A stretch of 36,751 bases of DNA from an uncultured Oscillospiraceae bacterium. Lineage in GTDB: Bacteria; Bacillota; Clostridia; Oscillospirales; Oscillospiraceae. A program made the translations under genes and the position numbers. The notes under the pieces are model-generated. The model had not been told where the DNA came from and searched no databases. It was given only the letters and a program-made list of their open reading frames with translations. The stretch spans positions 1-36,751 of the forward strand of contig CAJOIG010000001.1 of assembly GCA_905234575.1 (NCBI GenBank), read 5' to 3'. This document shows, in pieces, positions 30,439-36,751 of the stretch (within the stretch, counting starts at the first letter, position 1; every line of letters starts with the position of its first letter).

Positions 30439-32667
30439 ATGGAAAACCGCATTTTCATCGGCTCGCCGACCGAGCCGGACTGGTACTTCGACAACGACAG
30501 TCTGTGGGAGGCGGACGTGGAGCAGAACGTCGGCCTCGTGGGCCAGAACCTGAGCATCGACAGCTTCACGGCCGAGGTGTCCCCCGACGAGGCGGAGCTG
30601 CACGACCTCTATCGCTTCCGGTCCTCCGACGGCCATGAGATCACAGACGCGGCCGGGCAGCTCGTCGTCCTCGACATCGGCGAGGGCACGAACGTCTCGC
30701 CCCTCGTCACCCTGGAGCACGGCACGCCGGTGTGGTACTACCAGGACCAGGAGCTCATCGGAAAATTCTACATCGACAGCGTGGAGCGCACCGGGCGCAG
30801 CCGGTACCGCCTCAACTGCGTCTCCGCCATCGGGCTGCTCGCAGACACCGATCACGGCGGCGGGCTTTTTCTCGCCTCCACCTTCGGCGCGGTGCTCACG
30901 CACATCCTGGCGGCGGGGGTGCACGGCACGGGGGATCCCATCATCGACTATGCCATCGACGACGACGTGGCGGAGCTGCCCGTCTCGGGCTGGCTCCCCC
31001 ACGACACCAAGCGGAACAACCTCTACCGGCTGATCTTTGCCACCGGCGTGAACATTGTGAAAAACGCGGACGGCAACCCGCGCTTCACCTTCCTCTACCC
31101 GGCCGGGTCGATGGCCCGGCCCATCGATCCGGAGCGCGTCTACGACGAGGGCTCCGTGGCCTACGAGACGCCGTACAAGCGCGTCGTCGTGCTGGAGCAT
31201 ACCTACACGCCCCTCGCGGACGAGGCGCCCGTCACGCTCTTCGACAACGCCGAGGGCGAGCCCGTCACCGCGGCGGAGGTGTGGTTCGACCGGGCGCCCG
31301 TCGATGTGTCCACCCTGGATACATCCGGCACGCTGACCGTCGTATCGGCCACGGAAAACAGCGCGGTGCTCTCCGGCAGCGGCAAGCTCACGGGCGTGCC
31401 CTACCTCCACGACACCCGAGGCGTCAGCCTGGGCGATCCGACGGCCCCCGAGGAGAAGACCATTCGCGTCGAGGATTCCACCTTTACGAACGTCCTCAAC
31501 TCCGGGAACCTGCTCAACCGGCTCTATGCCTTCTACTGCCCGGCGGACTACATCCAGAGGATCACGAACGGCATCGTATGGGACGGGGAGCGCTGCGGGA
31601 AGGTCTACGCCTTCCCGGATCCCTTCGACGGCGCGGCCACGGCCTTCCTCGCGCGGATGCAGATCACCGCCTCCGCCGTCAACAAGGCCGTATGCGAGTG
31701 GTACGGAGACTACGCCCCCGCCGGACAGGCAGGGCTTTACCAGCACGTCGCCGTCCTGGTCCCCGTCTGGGACGAGGAGAACGAGGAATGGGTCTATGAC
31801 GGCGATTGGACCGTGCCGGAGGGCGTGACGGAGTTCAAGGCCGTCCTGATCGGCGGAGGGACCGGCGGCGGCTCCGGCCTGCCGGGCGCGAACGGCCAGG
31901 ACGCCTACACCCACGTGAACGTCGCCTCGGACGCCGACATCTCCGGGATGTGGTACGGCGCGGAGGGCGGCGATGGCGGCGCAGGAGGCGCAGGAGGCGC
32001 GCCTGCGCGCGTCAAGGTCGTCACCGTATCCGACGCCGTCCCCGGCGCTTCCTACAGCTACACCCTCGGCCAGGGCGGCCAGGGCGGCGCGGCGACAGGC
32101 TTTCGCCCAGACACGGAGGACGAGCTGCGGGCGGCGCTGCGGGCCGAGGACCCGGACACGGAATACACCGCGGAGGAGATCGCCGCCATGCTTGCGGAGG
32201 AGCAGGCGCTCTCCGACTGGGCCGGCAGCCCGAACGCCGGGAGCGCGGGCTCGGCCTCCACACTCTCGGACGGGACGAACACCTGGAGCACGGCAGACGC
32301 GGACGGCGCGGTCCCCGCGGGCGGCGTCTATGAGCCCATCGGCGGAGAGTATTTCGCGCTGCCGGGCAAGTCCGGCGTCCGGGGCGGCAAGGGTGGCGCT
32401 CGGAAGGTGCAGAGCGGTGAGACCTACAACTGGGTCACCGACGGGGAGAGCGTGAGCGTCCCTGCCGGGGCCGACATCATCGATTACAGAGGTGGACGGA
32501 CCGGCACAGCCAAGGTAAGTGTCTCCGGTCTGCCGGAGGCAAAGCTCACCATCTACGGTGGCAACGGTGCCGGGGCCGCAGTGGGGCTGGACCGGGCCGA
32601 GCACGAACACATGGACGGCGGCAGTGACGCCGCAGCGACCTGGGAGGTGGTAGAGGATGGCACATAA
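30439..32667 (+). CDS. Tail tip / tail-associated protein with a C-terminal glycine-rich domain
   Basis: 742 aa, by position. Gly-rich segments include GGGTGGGSGLPGANG and GAEGGDGGAGGAGGAP. Confidence 0.6.
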   Translation: MENRIFIGSPTEPDWYFDNDSLWEADVEQNVGLVGQNLSIDSFTAEVSPDEAELHDLYRFRSSDGHEITDAAGQLVVLDIGEGTNVSPLVTLEHGTPVWYYQDQELIGKFYIDSVERTGRSRYRLNCVSAIGLLADTDHGGGLFLASTFGAVLTHILAAGVHGTGDPIIDYAIDDDVAELPVSGWLPHDTKRNNLYRLIFATGVNIVKNADGNPRFTFLYPAGSMARPIDPERVYDEGSVAYETPYKRVVVLEHTYTPLADEAPVTLFDNAEGEPVTAAEVWFDRAPVDVSTLDTSGTLTVVSATENSAVLSGSGKLTGVPYLHDTRGVSLGDPTAPEEKTIRVEDSTFTNVLNSGNLLNRLYAFYCPADYIQRITNGIVWDGERCGKVYAFPDPFDGAATAFLARMQITASAVNKAVCEWYGDYAPAGQAGLYQHVAVLVPVWDEENEEWVYDGDWTVPEGVTEFKAVLIGGGTGGGSGLPGANGQDAYTHVNVASDADISGMWYGAEGGDGGAGGAGGAPARVKVVTVSDAVPGASYSYTLGQGGQGGAATGFRPDTEDELRAALRAEDPDTEYTAEEIAAMLAEEQALSDWAGSPNAGSAGSASTLSDGTNTWSTADADGAVPAGGVYEPIGGEYFALPGKSGVRGGKGGARKVQSGETYNWVTDGESVSVPAGADIIDYRGGRTGTAKVSVSGLPEAKLTIYGGNGAGAAVGLDRAEHEHMDGGSDAAATWEVVEDGT

Positions 32668-33766
32668 CGAGAGCGGGCTCATGAGCCTGGACACCCGGAC
32701 CTATGGGCTGGGGGGTTACATCTTCGGCCTGTCCGCCCAGGTGGGGGACAGCTCCACCACCTGCATCGTGACATGCACCCACGAGGGTCAGGCGGCTATG
32801 CGGCGGCAGACCATCAACGGAAAGGCCGAGGGCTGGTATGTGGAGGCCGACGAGACCGAGGCAACAGTATATGCTAAAATTAGAATTGAGGCCCAGGAAG
32901 CTGATACAGGCGGCATTGTAAAGCCTGTGCCGAAAGCGTCAACGGTGCATTTAGCAAGAGGACCAATTACAGCAGGTAATTATGCGGATGAAATATGGCT
33001 AACAGCAGATGCTGTAACGGCTCAACGATATGATAACAACAAGAGGCATTGGGCTGTTATGGCTTCCTCAAACCCAAACAGTACATATCATTACTTAGAA
33101 AAAAGGAATGGCAATGTAACCACAGATCAAGACTATCCTCTGAATTCATCATACACCTTAAATGGATTAACAGTTTATTACTCAGTGGATACCTTTGGAT
33201 GGGCACGCGAAATCATTGTTTGTGAACCTGTAGAAGCACAGGGTAACAATCCTAAATATGGTGGGATTGCATGGGAGATGATTTATGGTCGAAGTGAAGC
33301 AGAGGATGGAGACAAACTTGTTGCCCGTTTTGCCATTGAGCTGGCGGAGGCGGACGGTGGTCCCGAGGGCGGATGGATCGGTCCCGGCGGCGGATGGATC
33401 GAGCCCAGCGGCGTGTGGGACGAGCCGGGGGATGTGGACTACGACTGGGAGCCGGGAGACCCCACCCACACCCTGCGGCTCAACGTCACCGGAGCCCTCT
33501 CCGGGAGGCACAATGATCCGGTGGAGGATCCCAGTTATTCCTATACCCCCTACGACCAGGACAGCGTGCCGGGCTACGGATGCGGCGGAGACGGCGGCCA
33601 CGGGGGCGGCGGGGGCGCAGGAGCGTCCACGGTCATCGTGCGGCAGTTTGCCACGGGCAAGGCCAAGTCCAAAGAGATCACCGCGCTCGCCCGACGCCAT
33701 GGCTATGGCTCCGGCGGCGGCAAGGGCGGCAAGGGCGGCGACGGGATCATCCTGATCTACTACTGA
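32657..33766 (+). CDS. Tail fibre/receptor-binding candidate with a low-GC central module and a Gly-rich C-terminus
   Basis: 369 aa; overlaps the upstream stop. C-terminal segments GCGGDGGHGGGGGAGAS and GSGGGKGGKGGDGIILIYY. Confidence 0.6.
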   Translation: MAHNESGLMSLDTRTYGLGGYIFGLSAQVGDSSTTCIVTCTHEGQAAMRRQTINGKAEGWYVEADETEATVYAKIRIEAQEADTGGIVKPVPKASTVHLARGPITAGNYADEIWLTADAVTAQRYDNNKRHWAVMASSNPNSTYHYLEKRNGNVTTDQDYPLNSSYTLNGLTVYYSVDTFGWAREIIVCEPVEAQGNNPKYGGIAWEMIYGRSEAEDGDKLVARFAIELAEADGGPEGGWIGPGGGWIEPSGVWDEPGDVDYDWEPGDPTHTLRLNVTGALSGRHNDPVEDPSYSYTPYDQDSVPGYGCGGDGGHGGGGGAGASTVIVRQFATGKAKSKEITALARRHGYGSGGGKGGKGGDGIILIYY

Positions 33767-33778
33767 GGAGGCACACCC

Positions 33779-33958
33779 ATGGCTGATACGATCCGGGCCC
33801 CGCAGACGGGGCGGCAGCTCGACCGGGATCTCCGGGCGATCTATCAGGCTGAGACCACCGACAACGACGGCCTCATCCTCTACATCCGACACGGCGAGCT
33901 TGCCTTTGACACCGAGGAAAATCTTTTCACGGTCACACCACTGACACAGGAGGACTGA
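33779..33958 (+). CDS. Hypothetical small protein (59 aa)
   Basis: RBS GAGGAGG and high GC3. One residue below the ORF-track cutoff. Confidence 0.55.
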   Translation: MADTIRAPQTGRQLDRDLRAIYQAETTDNDGLILYIRHGELAFDTEENLFTVTPLTQED

Positions 33959-33959
33959 C

Positions 33960-34715
33960 ATGGCAAATACATATTATGACTCTGAGCTCACCGGCGAGCA
34001 GATCGAGGCCGCGCTGCAGGCTATCGACGGCGTGATTGCCCCGGCGAACAACAACAAGGTCCTCGCGATCGCGAACGGGAAGCTCGTCGCCCGCAGCGTC
34101 CAGTGGGGCGGGGAGAGCGCGGTCCTCGAGCCACTGTCTGTCACCGCGAACGGGGATTACTATCCCGGCTCCGGCGTGGACGGCTTCGACGAGGTCCATG
34201 TCGCCGTGTCGGGTGGCTACCCGGAGCCAACAGGTACAATCCAGATCACCCAAAATGGGACAGTCAATGTCAAGGACTACGCTGAGGCCAATGTCCAAGT
34301 ATCCGGTGGTGGAGCAGTTGTCCAGCCTCTGAGCGTTACAGCAAACGGCACATATAATCCTCCAAGCGGCGTGGATGGGTATTCCCCTGTGACGGTAAGT
34401 GTCCCTGGCGGGGGAGGATCGTCTGTCCTGCTCATGGAGCATGGACAGGTATCAGATACCTCGAATTACATGACCGCGTATTTTGACGAGCCCATCAACT
34501 TCTCGAGCTATGACGTGATCCTCGTCATCCTGTATGAGGGGACCGGGCAGCATAAAGGTGGGACAAATATGGCCGGAACCTTTTATATTGAGAGGAATTC
34601 TTACTCTTCTGGGGCATTTTACAGAATGGCAATATCCACAACATCCATAGCCTGTACGCAATACTCCGGGAATTACCTCAATCTATATGTAGACGTATAC
34701 GGCATTACAATGTAA
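33960..34715 (+). CDS. Tail fibre-like protein with two internal ~31-aa repeats (PLSVTANGxYxPxSGVDGxxxVxVxVxGG)
   Basis: RBS GGAGGA. The repeats are visible in the translation. The C-terminal part is low-GC. Confidence 0.6.
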   Translation: MANTYYDSELTGEQIEAALQAIDGVIAPANNNKVLAIANGKLVARSVQWGGESAVLEPLSVTANGDYYPGSGVDGFDEVHVAVSGGYPEPTGTIQITQNGTVNVKDYAEANVQVSGGGAVVQPLSVTANGTYNPPSGVDGYSPVTVSVPGGGGSSVLLMEHGQVSDTSNYMTAYFDEPINFSSYDVILVILYEGTGQHKGGTNMAGTFYIERNSYSSGAFYRMAISTTSIACTQYSGNYLNLYVDVYGITM

Positions 34716-34887
34716 CGGAGAACACGACAATGGAAACGAAATTTCTGGAGATCAAGGCGGCGGTGACGGCGTTCTTCGCCCTGACAAAAATGCTATAAAT
34801 ACTACAAAGGAGGCATGTAAACATGAAACACTTAACCATCATTGGTAGTTAACATGAGTGAAAATACCATACAAGGAGGATAAAACG

Positions 34888-35088
34888 ATGAAAAACACGA
34901 AATGGACTTGGTGGAAAGCTGCGGGCATCCGCGCCATCAAGACCGTCGCCCAGACCGCCGTCGCCACCATCGGCACGAGTGCCGTCATGGGGGACGTGAA
35001 CTGGATCGCGGTCGGCAGCGCGTCGCTGCTGGCGGGCATCCTGAGCCTTCTGACGAGCATCGCGGGATTACCCGAGGTGGACGGATGA
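34888..35088 (+). CDS. Putative holin (r1t/LL-H-like)
   Basis: 66 aa with features [13 protein letters not shown]...[38 protein letters not shown] 7 nt upstream. Lies immediately before the lysin cassette. Confidence 0.6.
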   Translation: MKNTKWTWWKAAGIRAIKTVAQTAVATIGTSAVMGDVNWIAVGSASLLAGILSLLTSIAGLPEVDG

Positions 35089-35339
35089 GCGACGCGGTCA
35101 TGGCAGCCCTCGTTACGGGCGGGGTGTCTCTGATCGGCACGATCATCACCGTACTGGCAACGAACCACAAGACGGCGGCGGAGATGCGCGTTTCCCAGGC
35201 CGTGACGGACACCAAGATCGAGGAGCTGACGCGGGAGGTCCGCCTGCACAATGACTTCGCGCAGCGGATCCCCGTGCTGCAGGAGCAGATCAAGGTCGCA
35301 AATCACCGCATCGATGACCTGGAGCATCAGGCGTCATAG
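35085..35339 (+). CDS. Membrane-anchored coiled-coil protein (XhlA-like / holin accessory candidate)
   Basis: N-terminal TM ([19 protein letters not shown]) plus a heptad-like C-terminus. ATGA coupling to the holin gene. Confidence 0.45.
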   Translation: MSDAVMAALVTGGVSLIGTIITVLATNHKTAAEMRVSQAVTDTKIEELTREVRLHNDFAQRIPVLQEQIKVANHRIDDLEHQAS

Positions 35340-35350
35340 GAGGACAAGCC

Positions 35351-36073
35351 ATGGGAATGCTGATCCCTAAGACCGCAAACTGCGGGACCCTGGGAGACTG
35401 GGCGAAGGCCAGCGGCTGCTTTGTGCCGTACACGCAGATGTCCCAGCCGGGGGACCTGGTCCTCTTCGACTTCAAGGGCACCCACAAATGGCGGGACCAC
35501 GTGGGCATCGTCGTCGCCCAGACCGGGGACACGCTCTCCACCATCGAGGGCAACACCTCCGTCACCTCGGACGACAACGGCGGCGCGGTCATGCGCCGGA
35601 CGCGGTACATATCCCAGGTGACGGGCTTTGTCCGGCCGAAGTGGACAAGCACCCAGACCGCCCAGAAGGCCCTCGCCATCGCCGCGGCGGAGGTGGGGAC
35701 CAAAGAGAGCCCGGCAGGCTCGAACAATGTCAAGTACAACACCTGGTTCTATGGCCGGACCGTATCCGGCAGCGCATATCCCTGGTGCATGGCGTTCATC
35801 GCGTGGTTGTTTGCGGTACTGGCGAGGGAGATCGACACGGGAGGAGGGACATGCATGGTCACGGCAAAGGTGCTGCGGAAGGGCTCGACGGAATCCGCGG
35901 TGAAGAAGCTGCAGATCCTGCTGATCGGGCTTGGCTATGACTGCGGCCCGGACGGAGCCGACGGCGTCTTCGGCGCGAACACCCTAGCCGCCGTGAAGCG
36001 CTTCCAGGCCGCGAACGGCCTCACGGCGGACGGCATCGTCGGCAGCGCAACGTGGGGCGCTCTGATCGGATGA
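35351..36073 (+). CDS. Endolysin: CHAP/NlpC-P60-like domain in an apparently permuted order, plus a C-terminal PG_binding_1 domain
   Basis: The His-half (PGDLVLFDF...DHVGIVV...TIEGNTS) precedes the Cys-half (VGTKESPAGSNNVKYNTWFYG...YPWCMAFIAW). C-terminal LRKGSTESAVKKLQILLIGLGYDCGPDGADGVFGANTLAAVKRFQ. RBS AGGAGGA. Confidence 0.75.
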   Translation: MGMLIPKTANCGTLGDWAKASGCFVPYTQMSQPGDLVLFDFKGTHKWRDHVGIVVAQTGDTLSTIEGNTSVTSDDNGGAVMRRTRYISQVTGFVRPKWTSTQTAQKALAIAAAEVGTKESPAGSNNVKYNTWFYGRTVSGSAYPWCMAFIAWLFAVLAREIDTGGGTCMVTAKVLRKGSTESAVKKLQILLIGLGYDCGPDGADGVFGANTLAAVKRFQAANGLTADGIVGSATWGALIG

Positions 36074-36198
36074 GCGCGCTGAAGGCTGTGCTGCTCGTGC
36101 TGCTGGGGATCGCCCTGGGGATCGCGGCGGTGATCGTCTGGATCATCGGATCCATCCGCCGGCAGCACCGGGAGCAGGGCAGCGGCATAAGCGATTAG
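36070..36198 (+). CDS. Small single-TM protein (42 aa)
   Basis: ATGA overlap with the lysin stop. Sequence AVLLVLLGIALGIAAVIVWIIG followed by a basic tail. Confidence 0.5.
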   Translation: MSALKAVLLVLLGIALGIAAVIVWIIGSIRRQHREQGSGISD

Positions 36199-36207
36199 GA
36201 GGCGGAC

Positions 36208-36408
36208 ATGCGATACATTCTTGCCGGCCTGATGGTGGCAGCGCTCCTCCTGGGCGCAGCGCTGGGGCTCATGGCCCACGAGCTGGACCGAGATCTCGCG
36301 CCGGTCCCTACGTCGTCGCCGACCTACTGGCACTACCTGGACGCCGTCGCGCCCCGCGAGGACACGGCGCACTACTACTACGGCGACGCGATCGGGGACT
36401 TTCCGTGA
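36208..36408 (+). CDS. Small secreted/membrane-anchored protein (66 aa), last prophage gene before attR
   Basis: Strong RBS AGGAGG. N-terminal hydrophobic segment ILAGLMVAALLLGAALGLMA. Confidence 0.65.
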   Translation: MRYILAGLMVAALLLGAALGLMAHELDRDLAPVPTSSPTYWHYLDAVAPREDTAHYYYGDAIGDFP

Positions 36409-36422
36409 GTTCCGCGATTAAA

Positions 36423-36465
36423 ATGGGGTACGCCATGGGGTAATTTTTGAGCATCCTTACCCCGT
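36423..36465. repeat. Putative integrase arm-type sites (P arm): ATGGGGTA at 36423-36430 and 36435-36442, plus an inverted ACGGGGTA at 36458-36465
   Basis: Same octamer as in the left arm (1917-1955). The second and third copies can also pair as a 7-bp hairpin. Confidence 0.45.
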
Positions 36466-36491
36466 CGGCCCGAAAAACGGACATAGAAAAA

Positions 36492-36523
36492 GCCTGCAAT
36501 CCCTTGTGATTGCAGGCTTTTTT
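36492..36523 (+). terminator. Intrinsic terminator at the prophage right end
   Basis: 10-bp stem GCCTGCAATC / GATTGCAGGC with a 6-nt loop, followed by T6. Its 3' arm and tail resemble the trpB2 terminator next to attL. Confidence 0.75.
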
Positions 36524-36526
36524 CGC

Positions 36527-36571
36527 TGGAGCTAGTGGGGAGACTCGAACTCCCGACCTGCTGATTACGAA
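36527..36571 (-). repeat. attR (part of the intact tRNA-Thr)
   Basis: Direct repeat of 1750-1794. The 18-bp perfect core is at 36554-36571. Confidence 0.85.
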
Positions 36572-36602
36572 TCAGCTGCTCTACCGACTGAGCTACACTA
36601 GC
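36527..36602 (-). tRNA. tRNA-Thr (anticodon CGU), CCA encoded
   Basis: The reverse complement folds by hand. Acceptor GCTAGTG/CACTAGC. D-arm GCTC-AGTCGGTA-GAGC. Anticodon arm GCTGA-TTCGTAA-TCAGC. Variable loop AGGTC. T-arm GGGAG-TTCGAGT-CTCCC. Discriminator T, then CCA. Confidence 0.9.
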
Positions 36603-36612
36603 AAGCTAAAAT

Positions 36613-36641
36613 ATAATAGCACAGCCGGAGTTCCAAGTCAA
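36613..36641 (-). promoter_or_regulatory. Promoter of tRNA-Thr (TTGACT, 17-nt spacer, TATTAT on the minus strand)
   Basis: The minus strand reads TTGACTtggaactccggctgtgcTATTATattttagctt, followed by the tRNA 5' end. Confidence 0.65.
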
Positions 36642-36751
36642 CAAAAAAATCATGCAGACGCCCGACAATTACCTTTTGTAATATTCCGCGCAATTTGCAG
36701 CAAAGCGAACGGATTATGCATTTTGGGGCGTCAAACCCTTCCACTTTCTTC

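Larger units (their letters stand above)
1750..36571. mobile_element. Integrated temperate siphovirus-like prophage (~34.8 kb), HK97-type head genes, HNH/cos-type packaging, tRNA-Thr insertion
   Basis: Bounded by attL/attR direct repeats. The integrase is adjacent to attL. A complete lysogeny, replication, packaging, head, tail and lysis gene set lies between the repeats. Confidence 0.9.

Noticed and set aside
206-32694. Very long ORFs antisense to, or out of frame with, the called genes. Examples: 206-1729(-), 742-1758(+), 9472-10650(+), 9530-10585(-), 10762-12135(-), 11978-12970(-), 17406-18941(-), 19327-21093(-), 23177-24574(-), 23347-24621(+), 24589-26358(-), 24897-26090(+), 27181-28797(-), 30370-32694(-), 30732-31799(+).
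   Set aside because: These are typical stop-codon-poor shadow frames of about 65% GC DNA. Their translations are Arg/Gly/Pro/Ala-rich low-complexity sequence with no RBS. They overlap ORFs with clear family motifs, RBSs, translational coupling and GC3 bias.
33960-34715. A diversity-generating retroelement (template/variable repeat pair) in the tail fibre region.
   Set aside because: There is no reverse transcriptase anywhere in the window. The two repeats differ at all base types (a codon-usage shift), not specifically at adenines.
34730-34852. Mini-ORFs in the fibre-holin spacer: METKFLEIKAAVTAFFALTKML (34730-34798) and MKHLTIIGS (34823-34852), with strong RBS-like AAAGGAGG.
   Set aside because: They are too short, lack a GC3 signal (AT-rich imported DNA) and carry no recognisable motif. 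They are probably remnants of the donor phage junction. They are kept only as a note inside the mosaic finding.

Overview
High-GC Firmicutes/Clostridia-type chromosome carrying one complete ~34.8 kb siphovirus-like (HK97-type, cos/HNH) prophage integrated into a tRNA-Thr(CGU) gene. The left host flank holds a T-box leader, a TrpB2-type tryptophan synthase beta gene and its terminator. The right host flank holds the reconstituted tRNA-Thr and its promoter. The prophage is bounded by a 45-nt imperfect direct repeat (attL 1750-1794, attR 36527-36571) with an 18-bp perfect core in the anticodon-loop region. From left to right it carries five modules. (1) A minus-strand lysogeny operon: cI-like repressor, DEDDh exonuclease-BRCT, two small membrane proteins, integrase. 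(2) A divergent switch region with three GCTA-N7-TAGC operators. (3) Early genes: several HTH proteins, an excisionase-type HTH, a Gly-Tyr/Ser/Asp repeat protein, a replication organizer with internal iterons, a DnaB helicase, ParA/ParB, small ORFs, a HUH Rep-like gene behind a perfect 11-bp hairpin, and a Cys-rich KTR protein. (4) After an intrinsic terminator, the late operon: HNH, TerS, an inserted methyltransferase-like gene plus a GT4 glycosyltransferase, TerL, a rearranged head/neck module, major tail protein, frameshifted chaperones, tape measure, and tail tip/fibre genes with low-GC mosaic patches. (5) A lysis cassette: holin, a coiled-coil membrane protein, an apparently circularly permuted CHAP endolysin, and two small membrane proteins. 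The best candidates for an undescribed system are the exonuclease-BRCT plus membrane-protein cargo cluster between repressor and integrase, the methyltransferase-like/glycosyltransferase pair between terS and terL, and the HUH Rep-like gene with its hairpin. All functional calls rest on motif recognition by eye; no database search was run.
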